Shown in pieces: positions 43,728 through 58,300 of a stretch of DNA of 64,000 nucleotides. Positions within the stretch are counted from its first letter, which is position 1; each line of letters begins with the position of its first letter. The position numbers and the translations under genes are program-made. Source of the DNA: the human T2T-CHM13v2.0 reference genome, Homo sapiens; the NCBI RefSeq assembly GCF_009914755.1, contig NC_060926.1; one strand, 5' to 3'. The notes under the pieces were generated by a model, which saw only the letters and a list, made by a program, of their open reading frames with translations, did not search any database and was not told where the DNA came from.

Positions 43728-45639
43728 AGTGTTTATAAAATTTTTAATGGAAAAAAATCTATCTGTCCAATATCAAAAAGATTGGTAAAATAAGTGCAGT
43801 CTAGATGATATGCCACGTATCTCTAAATATTTATATTATAGAAGGAAATTAATATCAACAAAAGATGTGTATGATGCCATATTAGTTTTTTTAAAAAGGT
43901 TGCAATACAGTCTGCACAGTAGGCTTCTATTTTTTTTTAAATGATTAAATACATAAAGGCAAACTACTAAAAGGAATATACCAAAATTTTAATAGTGATT
44001 TTCTTTAGATACGATTCTGGATATTCTATTTTCGTTCTCAAACTTCTGTTTTCCAAATCTTCTATAGCGATAATTATAATCACTAATAACCAATGTTATC
44101 GAAAATTTCCATGATCTCTAAATGCCTTAAAGAGTTCGACAGAAAGAATTTAAAAACATAGGCTCTCCTTTTTCTTCTTTCATTAGTGATGATGGGCTAT
44201 TAAAACAAGGCCACGTCCTTTTGCTTTAACCTCCCATCCCCAGGGATTTCACATTAGAATGTCCTTCCTCCCAATACCTACTCCTAACCTTCCCCAACCC
44301 AGAAGTTAGTTTCTCTCCATTAAAAAAATCCCCACAGTAGTATAAATTAAGCAAGGAACCATTTTAAACTGTCAGCTTAATGGTGCACACAGGAAATATG
44401 GCTGCTCTCAGTGCAAGAAAATTTTAATGAATAAAGTAGCTTAAGAAAAAGATATTTTCCAACTATAAGTGGAAAACTTGTTCAGTTTCTCAGAGGTTGT
44501 TTACTGCCATAGGAATTACCTATTTAAACTTCTTCACAACGTTATCACTTGGATATGGTTAGGTTATTCTGCGTGTGGGCGACTCATTAATAAAGCTGAA
44601 GGAAAAGCAGGACAGTGCTAGGAAAGAAATCTAGAGCTGGACATTTAATATTCTTGTGTGTCAGAGACTACATTTGTAATATTAGGGGTGGGAAGTAGTT
44701 ACTTGCTAAAATCCCACTTTATACTCCGTTTCTGATTCTAGGGGTGTTTTTGTCATCCATACAAAGTCAAAAAGAATGCAAAATTATAACCCAATAATAA
44801 TGTCATTTTTTAAAGAAAAGTATAGATGATTCAAGACCAAGAAAGAGGCAGTTCATAAAAGATTTAATGTTGAAAAACCACAAACATAAAAGGAGGCTAA
44901 AATTGGAAAAGACATTATAAAATCTAAAACTTTAAAAATTTGATATGATAAAATATATGCTGGAAATAATATGCAAGAAAGCTGCATCAAAGCTTTCTTG
45001 GTCAAAGGAAAAAGTGTTAACTATTAAGAGATTTTTTACCTTAAAAAATACAAAGAAACAACTTAGTTTGCATTATAGACTAAAATAATCTTTTCAAAGG
45101 ATATTGAGAATAGAGGACCAAAGAGTGTTTTTATGGAAGGACAAAAGGAGAATGCAGAGTGAGATTTAAAAGTTGTGTGTGTGCATGCATATAACCCTCA
45201 AAAGTATAACTCCACACCAAAAACAAAGAAGTAGCTGTATCTAGGGATGTTCTATTCCATCAAAACTATGTCTGTGAAGCTTTAAAGGGAATCTTCTTGC
45301 AGTCTACTTCCTATATGAATACTCTCTATGTATAACAGTTCATTCTAAGAGAAGAGCAATAGATTTAACCACTTGTTAGTATCCTTGTTAGCAGTATATC
45401 AACAGCAATTGATCACTAATGTGAAGGTATCAGGTTTTAGGTAACTTCCAACACCATTCTCCTTGTGTTCAAGTGATTTTCCTGCATCCTCTGAATAGAA
45501 ACCATCACTGCTAAGAATTGCTCCTTAGACAGTACCTGCTGGAGGCTTGCAAAGATCTTAGGTAAAAAGTCGTAAGTTGAAGATATTAGTTGATAATGGC
45601 ATAAGGTCTTGTTCCTCAAGCAATTGTGCTAGGACCGTC

Positions 45640-45795
45640 TACATTATAATCTCTTAAAGTGGATATTTAGAAATGCAAATTCTTGAGCCCTACCCCCAGA
45701 TTACTCAATAGAATCTTTAAAGGTACAACCTAGGCATGTGCAGTTTCAGTAAACTCCTTAGGTGATTCTGATACAGTTTAAATTTTAAGAATTAA
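45640..45795. mobile_element. MER5-type fragment
   Basis: TTAGAAATGCAAATTCTTGAGCCCTACCCCCAGA..AGGTGATTCTGAT. Confidence 0.7.
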
Positions 45796-46959
45796 AATTT
45801 AATTATATCTGTTTGTATTACATCTCTTCAACATACAGCAAATTTTAATAAAAGCTATCGAGGTACTAAGAAATGAATTGTAAATGGTGAAATCACAGGC
45901 AATGGAAGGAATATTTAGGTGTTGCAGGCAATTTATTATAGCTTGAAAATCATACCATGCTAACTGTAGCTAGCTTTAAAGTAAGTTCTGACTAACAGAC
46001 TGAACATATTATTGCTTCTGTGTGAGTAGAAGAGGTTATTTAGAAATCTTTCTACAAACATTTGAGTATCTATGAAAATTTACTTTTGCACACTGAGATA
46101 TAACAAAAACCACACTTTCTGTCCTCAGGAAATTTAATCCAGGAAAATTAGAGCTCTGTTTTGAAAGCAGAGGAAGTTAATTTAAAAAACACAGACTGGA
46201 TGTATCTTAACATCACCTCCTAAGCTCACTAATGATACCTGAAAGCATTCACCTTCACCTAGTTGGAGAGATCTCTGCTGCAAGGAAAATGTTAACCATC
46301 TTGCCAGCTAGGCATCATTCTTCATACTATAATAAGCAAAAGGCATTTCCAAAGTGAGACTCTCTTTGTAAATTTGTTTGTCATTCTTGTGAAGAATCAG
46401 ATGCTGTAATTATTAAGCTTTTTACAGAACATTTCAATTTTCCAATTGCTCTTTAATAATTCCCAGCAAGTAATTGGACATTTTAATTATATGTAGCTTC
46501 TTGTCACTGTTCATCTAAAAAACATCACAACATTAAACTAAGATGCTCAGCCTGAGTGTTTTCTTGGGTTGTATGCATATTTTTTGAGTTATTTCAACAA
46601 TGATCAAAAGCCAGTGAGTTCATCCTTCAAACTGGAATCCTCATTTCTTTTCCAAAAGACAAAAACTAATAAGCAACAAAAAAATTAAACCATCACACTA
46701 ACAAAATGTATTAAAAGTCAATCGATAATACTGGCCATCACACCAACAACCTCTACCTTTATTTTATTTTCCCATAAAGAGCCACTAATCCATTTTGTTT
46801 TTTTCTACTAGCTTAGCAAGTCCATATGGACTGGACCCTTTCAGTGTTTCTTTCCCAGAATCCCTGCAGAATCATTGATCTCCTTGATCTACTCATCTCT
46901 TTGATCTTTTGAGGATAGTCTACAAATAGCCTGTGCTCCCCTACGTGGGTGGCAATAGC

Positions 46960-47180
46960 AGCCCTGGAGCCTTCAAACCAGCTTATGGGGTTATAGTCCC
47001 AGCTCTGCCAGTTACAAACATGCGACTAAGTCAGGCCAATTAAAGTGACCGGGCTGCAACGTTGCCCTACCTGCAAAATGGGGCAAAAATCTTCCATATT
47101 TAATTTACAGGCTTGTGCAGATTTCATATGAAATAAAAAGAGAAGCCACTGTGTAAACCTTGAAATCTCTACAAATGTGA
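46960..47180 (+). mobile_element. MIR
   Basis: GTCCCAGCTCTGCCAGTTAC..CTGCAAAATGGGG. Confidence 0.55.
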
Positions 47181-47948
47181 AAATGAAAATGAACCAAACA
47201 TCTCCCCAATATTAGCATGACATCTATCAGGCTCCTATAGAAATCAGTAATGAAGGAGGATGTGTGCCCACCCAGCCATGCCATGGTACAAATGGGGCCT
47301 CTGGTGTGTCAGAAAAGCAACTGGAAAATGGAAAAGAGATGGTTCCCATCTTTCCTGTGTCTGTTCTAGGACACTGCGAGTCCTCCCGAAGGTGTCTGAA
47401 AGAACACAAGGCAGGCATGTTAAGTGTGAAAGACAGCAGAATGGATTTGACGGCCTCTATTAGGCCTGAGGTCTTTTGGCAGAGAGTGAGAGAATGTCCT
47501 ATTCCAAGCAGAAGGCACCTGATAAGCACTTGATTGATTGGTCTCTGCATTCTTGGCACTCAGTGAAACACTGATTTGCCAGCAGAGTGTGTAAACACCC
47601 ACATTTTGGTAATAACCTAAATATCTGCATATTGTGAATGAGGAGGCTGACTGAATGAAATTGTGTAAAAACAGAAAGTCAACTCCCTGCAAGTCTTGCC
47701 TTCACCATTCTCTTTGCAGATGCAGGACTTTTAACAGTGAGGATATTAGGACATCCACAAGTGAAGGATGGAGCCCTGCCCTGCTCTTTGGGAGCTTTTT
47801 GCCTGTGTGTGTGTGTCTGGCCCTCATTCAAGGATATGCTCCTCTCTGGCAACTCCCAGCCAATGTCTAGAGAGCACAGCACTGTGTTTTCCAACTTAAC
47901 TAAGAATTAGGTCTCTTTGCTACTGCCTTTCCTTAAGACCAGGACCAA

Positions 47949-48040
47949 ATATATATATATATATATATGTATGTAGATATTGTTTAACGGGCCTCACGTC
48001 TAGGCAAAATACACACACATACATACACACACGTACATAC
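47949..48040 (+). repeat. (AT)10 plus CA/TACA low-complexity tract
   Basis: Direct reading. Confidence 0.85.
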
Positions 48041-50790
48041 AAAGTCATTCATTCAATAGTAAGCTGCATTTGTCTGGAATTACTAACAAAAATTGAATTA
48101 GCAATTATTGCACTGTTGTTTTCTTTTAAAAGCACAAGTTAAAGTAGTGTTTTCTGCTCATGCTTAATAAGATTGCCTTTCTCTCTATTTACCACATACC
48201 CATCTTTCAGAGCTTCTCTAAAAGCCTATGTCTTTCTTGAAGCTTTTACTGATTCCCTTGCTGGAAAATGTATCTCTGATTTCTAAATACCTACACTGCC
48301 CTAGCACAGATTGCTAAGTCATGTTCTTTGGAGGTCCTATTTCCCAAATGGCAGGCACTCCATCACAAGGGTCTCCAAAATTCTCCAAAACACTAGGGAA
48401 TGTATGAATATGTGAGGTGGGACCGATATTCATATTGGCTCCAGAGGAGCCAGGCAATGCTTTCTCCAGGGATACTTTTCACTATTATCTGTTATCTAGA
48501 AAATCGCCTTCATTTTAAGATATTTAGAAGAAAATCCAAGTTATGTGGTTTCATAGATTAAACTTATTGCTGGCACTTACATACCACTAAAAGTTAACCT
48601 TGGAGGAGGGGCGATACAGACTATAACTTTAATCATATCAGCTTCTTGTCTTAACCACATCTTGCTTTGACTGAACTACTCTGATCCTAAGGACTCCTGA
48701 CTGTTGATATCACAGCTTAAAGGCTTTCTTCAGACTCCGGGAGAGAAAGTGGTGGGACACTCTGTAAAGTGATTCAGTTCCAAAGTATATATATCATCCC
48801 AGGTGATCATAGAGCTTAAATAAAGTTGCTTCAAACTAGCATGAAATTTTGTCTAATACACAGTCCCCAAAAGAACCTCTTTAGAAAGAGGATGAAAACA
48901 TTTAAACATGGATGTTAAGTTCCTATTAAAACACTCATTTATTTTAAGAAATTCGCTAGTTATGTTTTAAAAATTGATAATTAAATTACAGTTGCTGAGC
49001 ATTTTCCTTTGACTTGGTATTTTGAAATGCTTGTGTTCTGTCTAAATGCTAGATTCTTAGCATTTGGCTAAGGTATACGCATCAAAATGGCCACAGTAAA
49101 GGAAGTGACATTAGTAATTCTGGGCTAGGAAGCACTGTTTCTCTTACCGAAATCTCTCGCAACTGTAATCCAGCCAGGTAAAGATAGCTTTGTGTTTGCT
49201 GACATTTTCAGAGTTGATTGGGCAAAAAAGGTGCAATCATTTTCCTAAGTTTTTCCTCGTCATCTTTACCCTCTCCCCACCACCCCCTGCCGTTATTTTC
49301 AAAAGGCTTAATCTAAATTCTAAAGGAATGTTCTAAGAGAGCGAGGAAAAAAATATTCAACACTAAACTGCAGCAATAGCCTTGACAGTTCAGTTCTGCT
49401 GCAGGTGTCCTGGTTTAACTCCCACATGGACAAAGGGGATACAAATTGTTGGGTCACTACACAATATCCTCTTGTTAACATCGTGTTGTCCTCTTTTGGA
49501 AGAATCAGACACCAGGAAAGGATCTCAATTTCAACCCTTTGTCTTTTACTTAAAGAATCTACCAAATCAGTCTAGAAGGATAAGAATGAAATGTGTTTTA
49601 AAAAGCTCAGAGGAGTCTACCTTATATCTAACCTCAGTCCTTTCTGTTTTTTTTTTTTTCCAGAGCAGAAAAGACCCACTGTTGGAGAGGGGTTCATCTG
49701 TCACTTGAGGGGCAGCAGCAATTTATCAGTTCCTGTGCCAGATGTTTACATAATATCAAGTCTTCACAACAGTCCTACAGAGGCCCTATTTCACTCCAGG
49801 CAAAACCAAGGCTCAGAGGCTTAGGAACTGCCCAAGGTCAGATAGTTAGTAGACGCAATGAGAATTATAAGAGTAATCCTTTATGTCACAAGGGAATTCC
49901 AGAATTCCTGTAATGTTATTTTAAGTGGAATGTGTGAAATGCCAGTAAATAAACAACAACAATTCTGGTGTTAAATTGAAGAAACAAAAGAATCTTTAAG
50001 AACAATGTAGTTAAGAGACTCAAACTAGAAAGAATTTACCATCCTTTCTGAATGTTGCTCCAACTTATAGTCTAATATAAAAACTCATAAGAAATGAGTA
50101 GTAGAGATGCTTAAATTCTCTATCTAGTCTACAATACCATGCATCTAGAAACGACACAATTTGATTTTTAAAATCTTCAAGGCTTCATAATTAAGAGACC
50201 ATAATTAAAATTAGAATACTCAAATAAGTTTATTAATTGTCAGTCTTTTCTCTATATCCTGCCTTCAGAATTATACGATTTTATTTAACCATTTGCAGGA
50301 TTCCTTTCATCTCAGGAGAGTATAATCATATAATCAGACTCATCACCACTGTTCCCTTTTAATTGTAAATCATGACTGCGCTTGCAAATTAGTCTATTAT
50401 CACAGCAGATTATCAATTTGGTAGGGAAAGTATTTGCCATCTAGAATGAAAGTAGTTAATAAACATTAATAAACATCTTAAATCAATCACTCCTTTACTC
50501 TTGGTGTGCCGACAGATGTCAGTTGAGATTAATAAATCAGTCAGAACAAATAAAGTGATGAGGAAGCGAAGCACAAGGAAGCCTCTCGATGCCCTGTGTA
50601 CTTAAGAATCACAATGCCTAAAAACTAATTGGAAGATAAAGATAAGGCATTAAACCTTCAGAGAAATGACTTGTTGGAAATTAGACAAAGTAAATCCAGA
50701 TAGCCATTCTCTGTGGGTCTGTTATGAACCACTGGCAATAAAAGCTAGAGGAGAAACAAAATGCTCAGTCAGAATAAATTATGTTTATTG

Positions 50791-51370
<580 letters not shown>

Positions 51371-54300
51371 TAACTAAATGATATAATTGGCCATTTACTA
51401 CCATTTTATGTGCTCTAGTTCTTTCTCTGCACAGGCTTTTATGAGGGAGAATTGGGGTTGTGAAGTAATCCCACAATATTTTAATCACTTCCTCACTATA
51501 AGCCAAGAGTTGAATTAATTCATTTTGTAAAAATAATTAAAATTTAATTAATTCTATTAAAAAGAAAAAAACACAAATTTTTCATTTAAAAATAAGATTA
51601 CTGAGGCAAAATGTTAACAGTACAAATAGACTGTTGTTGTATAGTCCAGTCATTAATTAAAGGCATCCAGATATCAATACCTTGTGTATTAACACAAGAC
51701 TTTTGTATAAAGATGTTTATCAGAAGCCCATCAGGAGTGTTCCACTTTTAGTTATGGCACAAAACGTTATCCACTAGCATCATCAACAACTCCTCTATAT
51801 CTCACCTAGGACTAGTCCCAAGAAAAAGAATGAGTAGGGAAACCAAATACATTATTTGCATATTTAACAGCATGTCCAATTAGCCACTTTGCTGACAGAG
51901 ACTAATTTATTATTCATCTTATTCCAGCATATGTTACTACTTTGACATCCACGTGACAAATGACTGATACAGCACATTGTGATTTTGAAAATGTTAACTG
52001 TGGACTTCAAGAAAATGTAGCTTAGACTATTGAGGAAAGTTTCTCTGCTTCACCTTCAGAAATATGGAATCTAGAAAACGATCAATTTTTCTACTATGTA
52101 GGCACAAATGGTCCAATATGACATAATTTTCAGAAATGAGTATGAAATAAAAGGAAATAAGCTATCAAATGGTGCCCTGAAAACCAAATAGAAGGTTCAA
52201 TCTCTACGTACATCCTCTAGGCAAAAATTCTCAGAGGTATTTAAATTAGACATGTTCCAGTATTATTTCTCTATACTAGATTGTAATATATTTTATAATT
52301 GAAAAGGATAACTATACATAAAATGATATAGATGCATAGATAGGAACTAAATCATTCATTCAATTAACAAAGACAGAATCTTGAAAAATTTGAAAGCCAA
52401 GTTCCTCAGAAAAACCACATACTTCTTTCAAATGTGCTTGGATAGTTTTATATTAGAAAGAGAAAAAAAAAAAAAAGATAAAACAATGTGTTGCTGCATG
52501 CCCCTTCAAAATGTGCTCATCGGTTACTGTGAGAGTACTGTGTCACGGGGCTACCACACTTTTCCTGAATGTATTTTTTAGAACAGCATCACAGTCAACT
52601 CCTAGTGAAGTACTTTATGCTCTGTAACTATCCACACTTTAGATTTTTCAGTCTTAACATAAAATTAAAAATTTCAGAATCTAAAATTATCTGTTTTAAG
52701 TAGCATTAAAAATACCACTTCTCTTTAAGCAGCTCTGAAACCTGAAGTCATCTAGAAAAATATGCCATGATGACCAAATGGTAACTAATTGCCAAGACAG
52801 ACTAAACCACATAAATAATTACATGTACCATCGTTAGTCCAATGGCAACCCAGATAATCAAAAAAACCATGATTATCATGGCATCATGGCAGAAGTGTTG
52901 TCCAAATAAGTAAATTTCACTGCCTTGTATTTTACCACATATTAAAAAGCACTCTTTTACAATCTGTTAATTTTTTTTCTTTCTTTATAGTTGCTGATTT
53001 TCAGAGATATATCATAATGCTTTTACCAATTTTAATTATTTGACAAACAAGTCACCAAATATATACAGGAACATTTAAAAGTTCACAACCTTGGTTTAAA
53101 AAATGTAGGTCACATTATGCAATACATTTAAACTGGGGATCTCAGAGCCCAAAGGGTTCTATATTCTGAATTTCACAACAAAAATGACTACAAGATTCAA
53201 AGAAAGTTCATAGAAAACAACATATACATAACCACATACCTTGAAAATACACTGGAGAAACACCTTTCTATACTGCCTCAGTTAAAATTCACAAATCTCA
53301 CCGATATTAAGTTCCCACAATTAATGCAGCAGGTTCTTCTTATCTACTTGTATATTTAGTGATTAAAAGGAAGTCTGTACAGGAATCATCATCTTCTAGT
53401 GTTAAAGCTTTTTAGTATAGTGGTTACTATTTAATAAATAACATTCCTTATCACTACCTGAGCATAACCCTTCAAGTCAAATTTGAGAACAGTCCTCATT
53501 TATTAATCCATCTCCATCTTCCTACTTACTGACTAAGTACCACAAGGTAATATTAGATAAAATTCCTTCCACTGAAATGCAGACATAAATTTCACATCTA
53601 TATTGACTTGAAATTCTTAATAACTATGAGTTAGCTACTCTTTTGTGGCTAATTTTATTGTTAATGAAGAACATTTTTTGAGACATGAATTGGAAAGTAC
53701 CAATGCTGGGACAAATTTCAGGTCTTCTAATTTAAATCCAGTGGGTTTTGTTTGTTAGTCTTTTCCAAAACCCTGCCTTTTATATTGTCATGGAAAAGCA
53801 AATGTACAGTGGCTATATATTAATTAGGTGAACCTGACATAATCATCACCTCTTTAAATTTGTTTCCTTGTCAGCAAAATGATGATCATAAGCCCTGCCG
53901 TGGTTGTGATGATGATTAAATCAGACACTTTATATGAAGGCACTGTGGAAATATATACTTAAAAGATAGCTGTTTTCACTCAGTTCTGTCAAAAGCTTGA
54001 GGGAATGCATTGTTATGTGATCAACACTGAACAATCTTGTATTTTGTGAGAGAATGGAATATTTTAAAAGGCCATTACAAGCTTCTATGTGGAGAGATAT
54101 TCTACACCCTACATAGACCAGAAAGGGCTGGGCAAAAAGACCAAATGAAAGAAGCGGGTGCTTTTCTAAGAGGAAATCCTTGAGACCTCAGTTGCGAGAC
54201 AAGTACTAGGCCAAATGCACCTTGAGCCTGACCACCACGCCATGGCTCCTGTGCACCTAAGTAAGCCACTCCCAGAATAATCATGAGGACAATTAGATGG

Positions 54301-54849
54301 CTTAAGGGACCTGAATATAATCTTTGCAAAAATATCTCCCGTTACAATATGTTTAGAATCAATACGTCCCTGGGAAAAGACAACAAGACCATGAGGATTT
54401 TAAGAGATCCTTATGATCAAAGGAAACTTAGAATTGGAAATGATCTTAGAGGTCTGCTAGTCCAATTTAAAAAAAAGAGAGAGAGAAACAGAGAAAAACA
54501 AAACAAGAATATGAATGACAAAACAGTATAAAAAGTCATGCTCATTATTATTGAGATTGTTAACATCTCAAAACATAAATTGTGTTTTTTTCTTTAAAAG
54601 AGGCACACACTGTAGCATAAATGAGTCATCGAGGGCTGACTGTGGTGATGGTCAACAGTAAAGGAAAGCTGGTTTTCTCTGTATGAACCAAGTTTGGTTG
54701 CTCTATTCTCTTCTCAAAGACCAAGCCTCTAATCCCAGTTAATTGTCTAAAAAGGACTGCTTTTGGTCATACAGTATACAGGTGAGAGTGTAGATGAATT
54801 AGTGCAGGCTTTCCCTTCTATTGGAGTACAGGCTTTATGGAAGAGTATT

Positions 54850-55340
54850 CCATAGGAGGAGGAAGATGAGTTAGAAGATATGGGTCCTGCCTCCATCTCT
54901 GCTGCTGATTTGCTGTGACCCTATGAGTGTAGTTCACTTAAATTATTTAGATCTCTGTTGTCACATCTGTAAAATGAAAGGAATATACTCCTCAAACTTT
55001 AGAACTGAAAGAAATGATGTTCAAAGTGGTAACTGAATTCCATAAGTCACTGAGTTAATAACTGGCTGAACTGGGACAGGAACTCAGGTCTTCTGATTTT
55101 AAGGTCTAGATTTCCCCTACATGTGCTCTAAAGTCTCTTTTAAGTATTTCTTAAAAAAAAAAAAAATCATTGGGAACCTACTATAGTCTGGGCACTTTTC
55201 AAATTCATGGTCTCATTTATTCTTCACTTATTGTATTTTCATTTTATAAATGGAGAAAACATTCTTAGTAAAGATAAGCAGCTTCGTACATTTACACAGT
55301 GCTAGTAAATGGCAATGGCCAAATTTTTACACAGATATGT
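54850..55340. mobile_element. Cluster of MIR fragments in both orientations
   Basis: GCTGTGACC..CATCTGTAAAATGA; GAACTCAGGTCTTCTGA; CATTTTATAAATGGAGAAAAC. Confidence 0.55.
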
Positions 55341-58300
55341 TTCTGAGAAGTATTTAGTCAGACCAGTCTGCATTAATTATTCATTATTAGTGTAAATTTA
55401 AATCACTGAATTCCTATCTTAACTACATTTACAAAACAAGACTTATATCTGTTCGAAAAGTAGAAATTGTTATGTTTTGTTAGAAAAAATATATGCAGCA
55501 ACTTGGTGGAAAACAACTGTATAAAGAGCTCTTTCTAGAACATTAATAATGAAGGGCAATAGAAAGTGGTGTAGATAAAATTTACTATTTTGATGTTTTT
55601 ATCAGATCATTTCATGGTGAGTCCCAGATGATTGCTACATATACATAAACTTTATGTTTTTTGCATTTATGCTTGGAAACTATGTATTTTTAAGGAAAAA
55701 ATTGAATTTGCCTCTTTAAGGATTAACTCTTTACAACAATAGCTTGGATTTTTAGAACTAAGTTGTAAACTTCTTGATGGTTCTGCCTCCGATATCTTGC
55801 CTCCTCCAACCTCAACTCTACTCTCATCCTTATTATTCTCTGGTCCTCCATGGTACCTGGTACACAAATACAAACACATGCTCATAGTAGGAATTTATGA
55901 TATATTTAGTGAATAAATGAATGCATGAATGAACAATCTAAGAAATAAATCTATTAAAGTTTTGGGCAACCAAAAAATTATTCTAAAGTGCCAGGGTTAC
56001 TTGGATCATCATTGATTCAAAGATTCTTCCAAAAATAGTAGCTGGCCATCTTGTTGAAAACAGCATTTAAGTGATATAACATTTTGTCCAAGAATCCAAA
56101 GTAAGGAAAAGGTGTGGAACACCAGTGTCTGTTTCAGCAGAACAGTCATAGCCAAAAACATTCTGGGTCACACATATGAATTCATTACCAGCTAATTAAT
56201 ATTAAACATTAAAGCTAAATATTTCCCCAATGTAGAGAATATTGTCAAAGGTTTTGCTAGCTCTCTTGGTTGCCACACAAAAGAGTAAAGGGATTACTCT
56301 ATGAAACATTAACCTCCTGCCTCCTGGAAAAACAGAGAAACAAAAACCTCCTCAGCAGAATCAATGAAGTAATCTGCAGGACTCCAGTGAGGTACCAACA
56401 GCTTTCTAACAGTGTGCATTATTGTTAAAACATGCTTGAAGCAAAACGCTGGACCATGTATCTTGTAATTATTTCTTAAGAGATCAACCATTAAACGGCA
56501 TAGAGGACCCTCTTAGTTTAAGTTTAAGTTTAAAAACCTCTGAGCTCATAGAATTGCTCTGGGCTATGGGCCATAGGCCTTGATTCTAATTCCTCTTTGA
56601 CTCTGATCAGACATCTGGCTCCGTCTTTTGGCCCATTTATGGTATGCCTCAGTATCCCTACAGGAAAATCACATTCAAACTCACTCTGAAACCTACCTAT
56701 CCTCTTAGAAGTTTGGTATGTGTACTGAAAGTGTCTCAGAAACAGAAACATTATAAATTCAAGATATAATTATTATCCTTATATAACACCATTAAGCAAC
56801 TTCAATTACAAACCACACTTTTAAAATCTGTTAACACTTCCTTCTGGGAAAGCCCTTTTGCCCTTTAATAGTGTAAGCTAATCATGGCAATATAATTTCC
56901 AGAGCTCATATTTGTGGGAGGAGAAAGGATGGCACTGGTGGCTTTCTCCTTCCTTTATCTCCTGAAATTATTGAGAGACTCTAAGCTAATTTTCTAAAGT
57001 ATGCAGAGGCACTTAGGAAAGCCGGGAGCTGAGATGGGAACCTAAGCATTTCACTGACATCATTCCATGCTCCCCACATATGGCACATCACATAAGCAGT
57101 ACTGGCTGAGCACACTGGTCTATTCTGGACTCTTGTTGGCGTTAAGTAGCATTCTTAATTACAAGCAGGCTTGCTTTTTGTCATTTACAGTCACACAGTT
57201 CTCCCTCTATTTAACTAGAAAAAAAAACCACAATTTTTCTATGGAGGTAGTTTCACCATTTATGTTTTTGAGCCAATGCAAAATATAAAAGGACCCTGCA
57301 GTGTTCTCAAAACCTGCTTCTCACAGGCCCTTAAAAAAAATCCTCATCATAATCTCTGCAACTGGGTCAGCTTGCACAAAGATACTCGGGTAGCCATGAG
57401 CGCTCTCTGCGCCCTGCAAACCTTGTAAGTGACACCTCATAATAGTGCAAATGAAGCATGGCAAGATGAGAAAATGAAGAAGAATGAACCTGGATAGTCA
57501 GCCCAGCAGCTTTCAAAACATAGGGGACTCAATTTTATTCCTTAAACTATACCATAAATGAATTTTTATTTTACACATTCAAGCATATACATGCATTCTC
57601 TATTATGAAAGAAAATGTCTTACGATTCACAGAAATTCTAATACAACCAAACAGCCTAGTTCATTTGTTCATCTAGCCAAATAAATTTGCAATAGTCTCA
57701 GATTTTGAACTAAACCTCATTTTCACTTGTCTTGACTTTCAGCTATGAATTTATCATATTGTCATTAACGTTTGTGCTTTCCTTTCACCCTCATCTATTA
57801 GGCTCAAGGGTTCTTTACTTGTGGGTCCTTTGTCCCAACAACTAGCGAAATATTCAGAGAGCTATTGACCCAACAAATTCAACATCACCTCTTTCTTATT
57901 AGGTTTCTCTTTAAGCCATCACCCTGCCTGCCGTGTTCTCAGTCCCTCTGCACTCACACCTCACCCCATTTCTCCATCCCCCACCCTGAGAGGCTTATTT
58001 TTTATCCTAATGTTCCTTGATTGTTCTCTATAAAGTTAATATTATTTTCAAAAGAGAGAAAGGATGAAGTATGAGAAATTCACACCTGGCTTTTATTTGG
58101 CAGGGGTTGGTTACTGACATGTAAGTTTGCGCCTCTGATTGAAAAAAACAAAGAATCAGAAGAGGAGCAGCCTCTTCCAAAAGAGTAAGCATGAAGGAGA
58201 GTGGGCAGAAATCCAAAAATACACAAACACGACCATACAACAGAACCTTCGAAGGAAACAGAAAGTTCTTTGACCCAAAAGAATAATACCAACCACTATA

